The notes under the pieces: generated by a model
What the model was told of the DNA's origin: nothing
What the model saw: the letters and a program-made list of their open reading frames with translations, nothing else
Databases searched by the model: none
Made by a program: the position numbers and the translations under genes
Assembly: GCA_051294905.1 (NCBI GenBank)
Contig: CM119371.1
Location: 6,822,001-6,886,000 of the forward strand
DNA: 64,000 nucleotides
Reading direction: 5' to 3'
Origin: Botryllus schlosseri
Lineage: Eukaryota
Shown here: one piece after another, positions 37,315-49,949 of the stretch
Layout of the letters: each line of letters starts with the position of its first letter
Numbering within the stretch: the stretch's first letter is position 1

Positions 37315-40300
37315 CAGAGGTGGGCAACCTTTTTGGCGTCCACGGCCGCATTTCGAATACTTCGGCGCCATACGGCCGCCAGCCATATGTGAGTTGACTA
37401 AAAAAATCTCAATCTTCCGTTTTGAATCCCGAAATACCCGTTAACGTTATTTGGGTTGATAAAGTCAACCATACCCATTGTCGTCGCGAATGCCGAAATC
37501 CACATTTCACGCCACTTTAGTGCAATCCACAAGCTTGAAGACGCGGTATAATTGCCTACGAAGACATTTGGCCGCCCTCGGAGGACATTTTAGCTTTGTT
37601 TAAAAACTTAATTTCTACTAATCTTATCATATCTAATAAATACCAAACATATTTTGAAACGAATATATTTAAGGAAAGTCTCTAACATTGAAATCAGTGA
37701 CTTCCTTGATTTTGCATACGAGATGACAAACTTGCAAAATTGGGAACCTCACGCGACACCATAAGTCTTAGTTGCGACTCTAGGTTTCCGTTCAGTAAGC
37801 GAGTTCGGTACTCGTTTTTCAGGTATTTCATTTGCGAAAAGGCAGACTCGCACACGTAAGTGCTTCCGAAAATAACAAGAGTTTCTTTAGCCAATTCTCG
37901 CAAAAGTGGATATTCATGGGCCATTTTCCACGTGTCAATCAAATTCTCCTCGCACTTGAACTTTGTCACAAGCTGCTCATCATTCTTCAATTCCAACAGC
38001 TCCATCTGAAGGTGTGGCGGTGCACTTTCCGTTTCCACCAGGTGTGGAAAGGCAACAAGTCGTAATGTATGTGATATTTTTTGGAAATCTTTGAAACGAT
38101 CTGCGAAATCCTGCAACACAGTATCAAAAATCCCCGAAAATAAAGTGATCGGAATCTTTTCTACCTTTATTTCGCAGCTGTCGATGAGAGACTTAAGTTG
38201 TGTAAAATGGAAAAAATCACGCTGCTGAATATGAAGTTTAAGGAGACGACATTTGTCACGAAAATCCGATACTTTTTTGTACATGGTGCATATCGTTGCT
38301 TCTTTTCCTTGTAGGCTTCGGTTTAAAATGTTAACATGGGACAGAAAATCCACAAGAAACGCCAAATATATGACAAAGCTCTCATTTTGTAAGGGGCAGT
38401 CTTTATTTTTTGTGGAATAAAATTCCAGTATTTCTTCTCGCAACTGTAGAACACGACGAGATGTGTCTCCTTGGGACAACCAACGTACTGCGGCGTGGTA
38501 GAGAATGTCTTCTGCCGACGTTTCGCGCTCTTGCAGAAGTTCTTGAAATTGCCTATGATGAAGACCATTTGCACGAATGTACAAGATGATGCGATTGACG
38601 TCTTTCAGAGTGTCATTTAAGGCAACAGATTTGACACTCAAGGCTTCTTGGTGGATAATACAATGAAGGTTTGTGAGCTGGTTATTATCGTACTCTTTCG
38701 ACACGAATTCTGAAAATCTTGTCACAAAGCCATTTGTGTTACCTATCATTGCAGGTGCTCCATCTGTACAAATACCGCGAAGATTTTTCAAGTCTAATCC
38801 ATTGCGAATGCAAGCATTCTTAACAGCCCCAAATATGTCTTCACCACGAGTGTGGGTGGAGAGTGTTTCCATTGAGAGCAGATCTTCGCAGAACTCAAAA
38901 TTTGGAGACAGAGAGCGAATGAAGATCAATAGTTGTGCAGAGTCCTTAATGTCAGTCGATTCGTCGATAGCCAGTGAAAATAAAGTTGCTTCCTCATTAA
39001 CCTTTGTCTGTATGGAGATCGTCAACTGTTTGGCGATATCATCTTGCCGACGCTGAATTGTACGACGCGAGAGAGGAATTGGAGAATAATCAGTTTCCTT
39101 ACCAGGATGAATGCACCTAACAACGTCCACGAGACATCGCTTATGTAGTTCGCCATCTGAATAAGGCTTTCCCGCTGCACCAAGATGATATGCGACTATA
39201 TAAGACGCTTCGCACAACTTATTTTTCGACTGAATGAAAGCTGATATGCAAGATGTCTGCATTTGCACACTTTTCTTCAAACTTTCGAGACGACTTTTCC
39301 TCGACTCACCCACCATTTTTGCGTACTTGTGTGACTCATGACGACGAAAATGCTGCCTTGCATTATCTCCTTTAACAGTTTTGACCACTTGATTGCATAT
39401 CAGACACATCATAGTATGGGCTGCCGTTTCTACCATAAAATAATCCAACTCCCATTTGATATTAAATGCCCTCTTCTCCTCTGTTACTGTTCTTTTTCGT
39501 TTTACTGACATATTGCGATGTAGACCAACTTTATAATGTAATTGGGCTATAAGGAAAAAGTTTTGTCTCAATGTATTATTCTCTTTCCGTTTGCTCAATA
39601 CACCCACACCCACTCAATGTTATCCGCTTACCAAGGCTTTTATAACTACGGTTCAACCTATCGCAGTATCGCCAATAGGCCCCTCACATTTGGACTTCGC
39701 GACAAGACTGACTAAGCTTAGTCCTTGGTCCTCATACTTAACCGACATTTGCGAAGTGTGACGTAACAATGCAATAATAAAACGCTAGGCGAAGTCAGCT
39801 TTACCGGCAACCGGTAGTCATGACAAGTGACGACTGGAAATAAAATTATCCAATTCACTGAAGGCGTTACACAGACAATTACGGGTTCATGTTAATGGAA
39901 ACTTTCAAGATTGTATAGAAACTCCTTCTGTCCACATACATGAGGATTGGTCAATTTCATAATGGTTGACTCCAATACATACAGATGAGAAGCAGATCTC
40001 TATATTTAGCAATCATTATTGTGCCCTCAACTCTCGATAAAGTGCACGATAGTCGCATATTCGTATCGCAGGAAGCCTAATAAGCAAATCTGAAATTGAA
40101 GAACCCGGACTAGGACGGGGCTCGTTCACTTTCGGACCAAAAACACATTTTCCCCGTAAGGATGTAGTGAGTTTGGTCCGAAAGTGAACGAGCCCCGCAG
40201 GTCCGTCTTTTAGTGGGTAGATTGCAGTATTATATTATGTCGCTAAAAGCAGCTGGAAACGCAGTCACTGAGTATGCAGTGAAAGAGTTTACCACAGTGA

Positions 40301-40465
40301 TTTAACAATACCCTCCATCGTCGTAATAAGTTTTATCATACATGTAACATATGATCCATCAACACACGGCCGCCAGCACATGCATTTCACATCACGCGCT
40401 CACGGCCGCACAATTATGCCTCCACGGCCGCATGCGGCCGTACGGCCGCAGGTTGCCCACCCCTG
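37315..40465 (-). mobile_element. Autonomous hAT (Buster-type) transposon, copy B, 3151 bp
   Basis: Same TIRs and length as copy A. Left flank GCCTACAG, right flank ATCTATTG. Confidence 0.95.
37694..39511 (-). CDS. hAT transposase, copy B (translation identical to copy A)
   Basis: Identical translation, offset exactly 3513 bp from copy A. Confidence 0.95.
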   Translation of the reverse strand: MSVKRKRTVTEEKRAFNIKWELDYFMVETAAHTMMCLICNQVVKTVKGDNARQHFRRHESHKYAKMVGESRKSRLESLKKSVQMQTSCISAFIQSKNKLCEASYIVAYHLGAAGKPYSDGELHKRCLVDVVRCIHPGKETDYSPIPLSRRTIQRRQDDIAKQLTISIQTKVNEEATLFSLAIDESTDIKDSAQLLIFIRSLSPNFEFCEDLLSMETLSTHTRGEDIFGAVKNACIRNGLDLKNLRGICTDGAPAMIGNTNGFVTRFSEFVSKEYDNNQLTNLHCIIHQEALSVKSVALNDTLKDVNRIILYIRANGLHHRQFQELLQERETSAEDILYHAAVRWLSQGDTSRRVLQLREEILEFYSTKNKDCPLQNESFVIYLAFLVDFLSHVNILNRSLQGKEATICTMYKKVSDFRDKCRLLKLHIQQRDFFHFTQLKSLIDSCEIKVEKIPITLFSGIFDTVLQDFADRFKDFQKISHTLRLVAFPHLVETESAPPHLQMELLELKNDEQLVTKFKCEENLIDTWKMAHEYPLLRELAKETLVIFGSTYVCESAFSQMKYLKNEYRTRLLNGNLESQLRLMVSREVPNFASLSSRMQNQGSH

Positions 40466-41259
40466 ATCTATTGTAACCTTTAAGTTTAAATTAGACACCA
40501 AAAACAGTAATTGTGGATTATTCGTAATGTAATTCAATAGCTGTTGAAGTCAATGAGACAGCTGTGGTAATCAAAGTTGTCAACAAGTTCTTTAAACTCT
40601 GGCTGCATGTCAGCAGTAGAAACCCTTGGGAGAGAATACAAGTGAATGACAGTTAGATTGTTAATGTTCATGGTAGAAAATGTTTGCTCGCAAATGTATG
40701 TAGACCCGCGGGTCACATTATCATGGGACACCGGAGACTGTTCGTCAATTTTGGTGCCATGTTTATTGTGATCATACCCAAATGAGTCGTCTGAAGCGTT
40801 ACGTATTATTATTTCATTCGCCAACATCTGTATTTGTGGAAATGGATTTTCGGCGCTCGTTAATATCCTATCGAAGGCGCGGATTTTCAAGACACGACCA
40901 TGTATTACAAGAACTGCAATTGCCGAATTCACTTTGAAGTAATAGTAGTAAACTCAAGTTCTAGATCGATAATAGGATCTTAATTTCAAGTATAGGCATT
41001 TTGATGCTGATAATCACTAAGTTTATGGTTATCATTTGCACAAGACAAATGACGTTTGCACGATAATTGAGCTAAATTTGAACTACTACTTTGTGGGGGT
41101 CTGGGAGGGTCCGTGACAGTCCGAAAGGGATTCGCGAATACAAAAAGGTTGGGAACCACTGTTCTAGAGCTGAAGAAGTGCTTAGTTTGCTCTTAAAGCA
41201 GCGTTACAATATCATTTGAATGTCTTGAACACGTTACATGACATTACAAACTATTGCAT

Positions 41260-44200
41260 AACAATGAACTACAATCTTCAATCTTTTTCGCAACGGTACA
41301 CCATTTTAAAGAATGTTCTAAACTTGCCCACCTCAGTTCAAATAATACATCGAATCCGTAGAAATCCTAATCGGAATAGGGATGTTACCCCGCTGCAATC
41401 CATCGGAAATGCTAATGCTACAAACAAATCAGTTTTCAACATAACTGGATCACGATCGAACACAGCATGGTTTTCAACCACGGCCTACGAAACAATATTA
41501 GGAAACCGTGAACTGCTTGAAAATATAATTTGTGACATCGGAAGCCAGGGCAGACCAACACAAACCCAGATCTCTGCACCGTGTAGTCAGATTCCAGGTT
41601 TAAAGAGTGTATTTATGATTGATTATCAAAACTACTTACATAATTCAGTAGTTTTCAAAGACAGCAAATTCTTTTTCTCCTTGAGGTAGTCTACTTCCGG
41701 GTTGCTTGGAAAATAGTGTTACAATACGTCCTCCTTTCTCAGGTTTTTGAAAATGTCCTCCGAGGACGCAGAAATGTCCTCCTTTTTGACATTTCGTCCT
41801 CTTTTACAGCCAAGGTAATGGATAGATTGGAGTGAGAATGGGCATAAATGACCCTAAATAGGAAATTCGTAGTTCGATGAAAAGTGAGGACGTTTTTTTT
41901 TCAAGTCAACACCACTAATTTCAAGTAAAAAGTCTGTAAAACGGGAGTCCAACGAAAGTGATGACCTTTTTTTTAGTGAAGCAACCATCAAGTCAAGAAT
42001 ATTTTTTGACATTTTTTCCGGATGTTTCTCCAGTACCGTAATTCTGAAAATTTCGAAAAGTGGCCTCTTTTCAGATTTCCAAAATATGGTAATGGTAACC
42101 CGATCGGAAAAGAAATACTTTGACTCGTACTGGAGTGAACTTCGCATTGATACCTTTACTTGGAGTAGCTTTCTCGACCACTTTTGATCATGCATACAGG
42201 CTCATGCAATCTCAGATAGTTATTCTTAGTAACTATTATGAGACAGACACGACCTACCGATCGAGAAGCCGGACACATAACCATTACACTATCTCGCTCG
42301 GTGGACTTTACCTCCATCCAAATTTACTGGTATTGGTGTGCAATATTTATTTCATGATTTCTTTGTCAGCTCGGAATGGGTAAATATTGAATGTAGACAT
42401 AGGTAAAGAGTGTAAATATTGGTGTGCTCATGTCACCGGAGATAGCATAGTGCTACGAATATATACGGGATTTCATTCTGAAATTCTCAACATCACGGAC
42501 ATAATGTTTACTATATATTTGTAACACTGTTTCCAATTCTGGATATGTCACAGTATTTCAGAGCAACTCACCTGATGTCATCGTGATTACAGAAAATCTT
42601 GATATTGAGATCTTGTCTTTTGGCCGGTGACAAGGTCTGGAAGAAAATCTCACAATTACACAGCCGGCAAAATAGATTTGAACCAGAATTGAACAACTGG
42701 AAAATGTTCAGCTTTTCCAAAATAGATTCGAGTTACAGCTGCGAAGTTTTTTCCAAATTAGAGTAGAATTATAGCTACACAGTTATTTCCAAATTATATT
42801 AAAATCATGTTTATAGCTAGCTTTGTTCCAATTAGATTAGAATTCACACAAACTCATGGTTCATTCTTAGGAGCGTGAATTGAGTAAAGCATGCTGTATG
42901 ATAATAGCAAATGTCTGTAGAGCAGGCTTGGCTTGTTTCGCACTATATAGTTCTCCTGTCGCATTTACAGGAAAACCAGACATTAGATTAGAAATAAAAT
43001 TAGAGCATAGAAACATTTTACAAATTGGATTAGAATTAGATTACTGATACCAGCATTTAGGAAGATATGTTTGGTTACTAGAATCTGCCTGAGGCCTGCT
43101 TGAATGAATGCTTTTAGACAGGATTTCAAAGAACATGCAGCACGGGGAAGGATAGCTGTTAGCCTATTAGCCAATCTTCAATTGTTCTATTAGCAGCCAT
43201 TCACGGTTCAATCAGTTCCTACAAGCCAGGATATTAACTTCTGAGTTGGAGCAAATTGAAAACTATGGCATGACAATGAACTACAATCTTCTTCAATCTT
43301 TTTGTAATGGTACACCCTTTTAAAGAATGCTCAAAACTTGGCCACCTCAGTTCAAATAATACATCGAATCTGTAGTATTCCTAATCAGAAGAGGGATCTT
43401 ATCCTGCTGCAGTCTATAGGAAATGCTAATGCTACAAACAAATCAGCTTTCCACATAACTGGATCACAATCGAACACAGTGGTTTTCAACCAGGGTTTAC
43501 GAAACATTATTAGGAAACTGCAAACTGATTTATAAATAAAATTCGTGACTTTGGAAGCTCGGGCAGACCAACACAAACCCAGATCTCTGCACCGTGTAGT
43601 CAGATTCCAGGTTTATAAGAGTGTATTTATGACTGGTTATCAAAACTACTCACATAATTCAGTAGTTTTCAAAGACAGCAAATTCATTTCCTCCTTGAAA
43701 TAGTCTACTTCTAGGTTGCTTGGAAAATAGGGTTCCTTTTACAGGTTCATGAAAATGTCTTCAGACGATGCCTAAATGTCCTCCTTTTTGGCAATTCGTC
43801 CTCCTTTACAGCTTTTACAGCGAAGATAATGGATAGAGTCAAGTTAAATTGGCATAAATGACGCTAAATGGGGAATTGGCGGTTCGACCAAAAGTGAATA
43901 CCGTATATACATTTTTCTCAAAGTCAACACCACTAATTTCAAGTAAAAAGTGTGTAAAACGGGAGTCGTACGAAAGTGATGACCTTTTTTTAGTCAAGCA
44001 ACCATCAAGTCGAGAAAAAAGTTAATATTTTTTCCGGATGTTATTCCTGTATTATAAGTCTGAAAATTTTGAAAAAGTGTTCTCTTTTCAGATTTCCAAA
44101 ATATGGTAATGGTAACTCAATTGGAAAAGCAATACTTTTACTCGTACCGGAGTGAACTTTGCATTGCTAATTTTACTCGGAGTAACTTTTTCGACCACTT

Positions 44201-45340
44201 CTGATTATGCATACGGGCTCATGCAATCGCAGATTGTTATTCTTGTTCTTAGTAACCTTTTCGAGAAAGCTAAGAGACTTTACCTCTGTCGAAATTTAGT
44301 GGGTCTCAGTGTGCAACATTTATCGTATGATTTCTTTGTCAGCTCGGAATGAGTAAATACTGGATGTGGACATAGGTAGAGTGTAAATATTGGTGTGCTC
44401 ATGTCACGGAGATAGCATAGTGCTATGAATATCTATGGGATTTCATTATGAAATTTACAACATCACGGACAGAATGTTTGCTATATATTTGTTACGCTGA
44501 TTGCCAATCGTGGATATATCACAGTATTTCATAGCAATAACTCACCTGAAGTCGTCACGATTCCTGAAAATCTTGATATTGAGATCTTGTTTTTTGGCAG
44601 GTGACAAGGTCTGGAAGAAAATCTCACAATTACACAGCCGGAAAAATGGACTTGGACCAGACTTGGACAACTGGAAAATATTCATCTTTTTCAAATTAGA
44701 TTCGAGTTACAGCTACAAGGTTTTTCCAGATATGTGTAGAATTGAAATTACAGCTACTCAGTTATTTCCAAATTAGATTAAAATTATAATTATAGCTACA
44801 GCTTTGTCCCAATTAGATTAGAATTACCGAATTCGCGAAAACTTTGATATTGAATCAACTTCATTAATATCAACTCATGGTTCATTCTCATGAGCATGAC
44901 TCGAGTATAGCATGCTGCATGAGAATAGCAAATGTCTGTAGAGCAAGCTTGGTTCGTTTCGTATACAGTTTGCCTGTAGCATTTACAGGAAAACCAGAAA
45001 GTAGATTAGAAATGAAATTAAACATAGAAACATTTTACAAATTACATTAGAATAAGATTACCGGTGCCAGCATTTAGGAAGATTTGTTTGGTTATTAGAC
45101 TATGCCCTGTGCCCAATGTCACTCAACGATGTATTTAACCCTCCCATAAGAGAGTTCAATCTTGATGATCACAAACGAAGACAGAGGCGTGCTTGAATGA
45201 ATGCTTTTAGACGGGATTTCAAGAACATGCACTTGGGCGGGAGAAGCCATACTTCAATTGTTCTATTGGCAGCCATTCATGGTTCAATCAGTTCCTACAA
45301 ACCGGCATAATACCTGCAGCGTTGGAGCAAATTGAACACT
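41260..45340. repeat. About 2-kb diverged tandem duplication (about 41260-43270 and 43270-45340)
   Basis: ACAATGAACTACAATCTT at 41261 and 43273, with colinear similarity through to GGAGCAAATTGAA (43248 and 45324). Confidence 0.85.
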
Positions 45341-46600
45341 GATATCATTATGTTAACGTCACTAATTAATTTTTAAATGCCTAGGTTGGTGCAAATAGAA
45401 TATCGTTGTCCATCCTAATTGCGACTCGAAAATACGCAGCCAAATAAAACTCACCTTGAATGACAATTGGTGAACTTGCTCTAATGTTGCAACTAGCTTG
45501 ACTCTGATCGAAAGAAAATCCTTGCCTGTGATGATAAAGAAAGGATACATCAGGTCAGAAACGATTCAAATTTGAACTTTACAGTCACCAACGTGTTCAG
45601 ACTTGTTGTTACAGATCGAAATAAGATCGTTACTAGTGTTCGAGTGGAGTTTATTGTGAATAATTTTAATTTTTCAAAACACCCCACTATAGCATTGATG
45701 GCAAATAATCGAATCTGAAATCATTGATTTTATGAAAAGGTAAATTCAGAAATTCTCACTTTCATCTCCCGGGTTAAATGGTCACACATTGATGCATGTC
45801 AGATTCCAACTGATTGATAACGGTTGAGATTATCATGCAAACTTCTTTTATTACCAAAATCATTTCACATTCGCCGACCAGACCATTAAATGATCTGCTA
45901 TGTATGACGGTATTCTGATTGCAATCCACTGTAACAAAATGAAGAGTGGTTATGAAAAGTAAAATCAATGAATCTATATATACAGCACAGGCTGCTCAAT
46001 TCTGGCAATCGCACCAGAATATGTGGTAGATAACCAGTAGCCAATAGTCACCTCATAGAAGCTTAATCACAATGGTTGGTTTTGAGTACGAATAAAATTA
46101 GGAATCTTGATCATGGATAGCGGAAAAATGACACTTTTTCATTCCGCGCACCCAAATTCTTCAAAAAACAATAAATATAGCAAGATAACCAAAAATTTCA
46201 TCCGATTTTATATCGTACTTAATCATTTTATCCACGATTCTCATAAAATAAGATACACACATAAACTTGTAACCTAAGCGCTATTTGAAAACGTATACTG
46301 GTACTGCTGTTGTGTTCCGTTTGAAGAGCGGATAACTTGATCATGTACGGTACTCGACTTAACAAGGGTGAGATCATCCAAACTGATTTGACTTTTTCAT
46401 ATTGAGTCTTTGAGTGCAGCTGGATTTTTCGTATTGAATTATTGGCAATGTACAACTTATACGGCCTACAGTAATCAGTAGGTTCCCAACTCCTTATATT
46501 GGCCATGTAACCCCTGTGCAATGAATTTTACCAGTCATCAAAATCATCCTCCATATTTATATCGAGTAAGGAACTACAGTAAATATATGATGGGCTGTAT
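44270..46600 (-). pseudogene. Decayed multi-exon gene (unit 3 copy)
   Basis: A 71-nt candidate exon at 45455-45525 (CACAG|...|GTGAGT) encodes QGFSFDQSQASCNIRASSPIVIQ. A signal-like MKFLVILLYLLFF lies near 46200. Confidence 0.45.
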
Positions 46601-46922
46601 CAACTAAATCTTATGCATCTAGTTGGTTGATGGTAAGGAGTAGTTCCGGTTGAAAATTTTTAAAGCGAGTAGTTTGGCGCGAATAGTGAAACTGGTGTTC
46701 TGTTGTGTGACGTTCTTGCAGCTATTGATAGATTGGAGTCAACACCACTAACAACATTGGCGTAGCCGGGGAATGGGTCTTGGGGGGTTGAAAATTTTCC
46801 TATTTCAAACTCCAAACCCCGTTCTTTTCAAACATAGATTCCGTCTGCAACTGGCAGTAATTCGAATTATAAGTACTGCAGTTGTTTCAGAACTGAAAAT
46901 CCAGTAATTTGCGCAAGTTTGC

Positions 46923-48563
46923 TCAGTTGAGTGCAATCTCTCTCTTCACAAATACAGATTTGTAAATTCGACAACATCGATCTACTTTTGGTTTCACTAC
47001 AGTCCATTTGTCTTGTGATATATCATATTTTTCAATTTGATTAGAGGTTTCTCCATCCGTTACTGCAAAAATCCACTTGCCAATGTGATAAGTAGAAATT
47101 CTATAATGACAAGCATTCATAGAAGATAATGAAGTCCACTGAGCTGAAGAAACATCGTAACATTCTACGTTGTCGACATGGAATCCTCCCCTGACCCCAC
47201 CGATCACAAATATCTTTTGATGAATTGCAACAACACCACTCGCACGTACAGGATATCTCATTGGGTTGAGATCAACCCACTCTGATGAGGATGGAGTGAA
47301 TCTGCAGAATGATGAAACTTCATCATAATCCTGTTTTATACCTCCAATACAATAGATGAAATCATTTGTTGATACGAGACTAGCATCATATATCGCTGTT
47401 GGTTTGTCTTCTAATTGAATCCATTGATTCAGGGAAGAAATAAACATTTCCACATCACTTGTTGCTTTATTGCTTGCTCCAACAACAAATATCGATCCTG
47501 AAAAAGAAACTGAGCAAGGCCGGCATCCATGATCACAAAGCATATCGTTCATTCTTTCCCATTTTGAACTTTTGCTCTGAAAATTGAGCCGATGAACTGA
47601 TTTATTCCCACATAAAATGTAGATATATGAGTCTAGAGAAATCGCAGAAAACTTTTTTAAATTCTCATACTTCTCATCATGAAACTTCTCAAGTTTCTCA
47701 GTTACCGGATTAAAGGATATGATACAATCTGCCTTAACATCAAAAAGAATTATCAATTCATCATTGCCAATTTCTTTGTTTGTTTTCTGTGATGCTTTCG
47801 GAGCTTTCAAAAGATGTCCAGTGATCAACTTGTACAATCCTAAGTCGTTATTGATGATTAGGTTTGATTCCAAAAGACATTCTAAAAATGCCGGAGAGAC
47901 TTTATCAAACTTGATTGCTTCTAGACATTCGTGCAAATGTTCCTGATTTTTGCAATTTTTCTCGACCCAATTGAACAATAAAGTTAGTTTTTCTTCTTCG
48001 CATACCTTTGATTGTTCCGACATCACAGATTTGAGGAGGTCAGTTTTTTCAATGCTGCCAAATTCAGGTTGGTTTGATATTTCTATGATATTTTCATGAA
48101 AAAATGCTCTACATCGCGTAGAGACGGCATCCAGTCCATACATATCGGCGACATTTCTTGTGGGAAAGTAGTTCTCTACATTAACTGATCGCTCCAAAAC
48201 GTCAGATACTGCCTGTTTCACATCTTCCAATTGCATCATGATTGCGACATGAAGAAGATCATTCATCTTTTCATCAGAAATCTCAAATTTGCCAGAATAT
48301 ATGAAATCGATGCAGTTTTTCACACACTGAGAATCGACCTCTTTAAAAAGAACTTTTCCTTCACGACTCTCTTTGGTGTCATGTTTCAACATAGCTTTGA
48401 AATAAGCACAACCAGCCGACAACACATTTTTATGAGTGTAATAGACATCATCTCCTACTTGAATTATGAAATCACAATGATCATTTTCTTGCTTCATTCG
48501 ATGTAATTCTTCCATCATCTTCACTGAATGTTTCTCAACATTTCGACACACAATCTGCACCAT
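46923..48563 (-). CDS. BTB-BACK-Kelch protein, paralog 3, 546 aa from the ATG at 48563
   Basis: Colinear with paralogs 1 and 2. The TAG used in paralogs 1 and 2 is GAG here, which adds EIALN. Confidence 0.93.
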   Translation of the reverse strand: MVQIVCRNVEKHSVKMMEELHRMKQENDHCDFIIQVGDDVYYTHKNVLSAGCAYFKAMLKHDTKESREGKVLFKEVDSQCVKNCIDFIYSGKFEISDEKMNDLLHVAIMMQLEDVKQAVSDVLERSVNVENYFPTRNVADMYGLDAVSTRCRAFFHENIIEISNQPEFGSIEKTDLLKSVMSEQSKVCEEEKLTLLFNWVEKNCKNQEHLHECLEAIKFDKVSPAFLECLLESNLIINNDLGLYKLITGHLLKAPKASQKTNKEIGNDELIILFDVKADCIISFNPVTEKLEKFHDEKYENLKKFSAISLDSYIYILCGNKSVHRLNFQSKSSKWERMNDMLCDHGCRPCSVSFSGSIFVVGASNKATSDVEMFISSLNQWIQLEDKPTAIYDASLVSTNDFIYCIGGIKQDYDEVSSFCRFTPSSSEWVDLNPMRYPVRASGVVAIHQKIFVIGGVRGGFHVDNVECYDVSSAQWTSLSSMNACHYRISTYHIGKWIFAVTDGETSNQIEKYDISQDKWTVVKPKVDRCCRIYKSVFVKREIALN

Positions 48564-49949
48564 GATTGTCAATCAACTACAGTATATAATTATTCGACGA
48601 TTACTATAATATAGCCAAGTACTGTTACTGAATTAAAGATGATTAGTTAACTATTCATTAGTAATGCCTGTTCTGTTGAAGGAATCATAATAATCCGTAT
48701 CAACGTCAAGAGTACGAATTGAAGGAAATTCAACTACACACAAGGTGAACACTGACCAGTGCTAAATCAGAGACATCCCTGCCAAACTGCCATAATGCAG
48801 TTATAAAAACTTCTTCCATCGATTTGCTTTACTTTTTATTCATTGTATAGACACGAAACGAAAGAGTTATTGCAGTCGATTACTACGACCTCAGGAATGA
48901 TCGAGTTGATTATCCGTAATCGAAATTGTATTTTGGAACATATTTAAATAATTCTGTACTATGGTATATTCCAGGGGTGGGCGCACCTGTTTCATGCTCC
49001 AACCGAATATATCAAAAATTGATTTTAAAAGAGCAGCAACAAGAAAGATCACGCTGATTTCACTCCGTGTTTGGAAACGAAATCAGCGAAGCATGAGGCT
49101 TGTCAGTGCTATCTCACGGATAATTAGTTTTTGCATTTGCAGTGCGGCTGTTTACCAATGATAAATATATATGTCATTGCGGTTACTGACGGGATAAGCC
49201 TTGTTCTATCAGTAACCGCTATTCAGTTTATTATTATTTTCTTCATTTCAAAACACCACAAGACTGCGACTAGGCGATATAGAGAAGAGGCATGCACGCA
49301 CACTGAATGAAAAGTACAGCAGAAAATATAAAAGACAAGCTAGCCGTACAAATGGGTAAAATCTTCGAAAATATATGCAATTACGATAGTTATAGGTCCA
49401 AAGAATAGTCCAAGTAGTTGTGGAAGTAAAATTTCAAAATGTCACCATTATGGTATGTAGCGCAAATAAGCAGAACGCACAAAAGTACTTTGAATAGGGA
49501 CAATCTTCAGTAATATGTTCAGTTACGATAAGTGACTATTTTACGGGCTTCTTAAGACAATTTCACTCATAAAAACGATCCCAATTATCCAAAAGCTTTC
49601 CCAAACCCAAAGTGTAAAAATTAGTTTGCATATAATCTGTTCAAGTAGTTGCTTTTACTAATGGCATAAAAAGATAGCTACTTCAGTACTTCCCAAAAGT
49701 GGTATTACATTGTTATAGACCCCCTCTGGCAATGTCCCTAACTTTGCGCAGGATGACCAATTTTATTGTCGTCATAGCAGTATCAATTCAAACGAGCTTT
49801 CGAACGGCTATAGCGGTATTACTTCTTGCAAGCCGTGGAGAAAATGAACTGCATCCGCGTGACTCTCTCCCTGACTGTAAAATCTGCATTCACTGTGTAC
49901 CCTTTGACATTCATTTGTCGTTATAGTTTTATGCTTGGTTGTTCCAAGT

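Larger units (their letters stand above)
33334..41161 (-). mobile_element. Older non-autonomous hAT (Buster/Charlie-type) element hosting the compound element
   Basis: Termini CAGTGGTTCTCAACC / GGTTGGGAACCACTG, with an 8-bp TSD TTCTAGAG (33326-33333 and 41162-41169). A transposase C-terminal remnant GSTYICEQTFSTMNI lies at about 40560-40710. Confidence 0.88.

Noticed and set aside
41216..41689. 157-aa plus-strand ORF
   Set aside because: No recognisable motif, and the frame is not preserved in the tandem duplicate at about 43270-43700.
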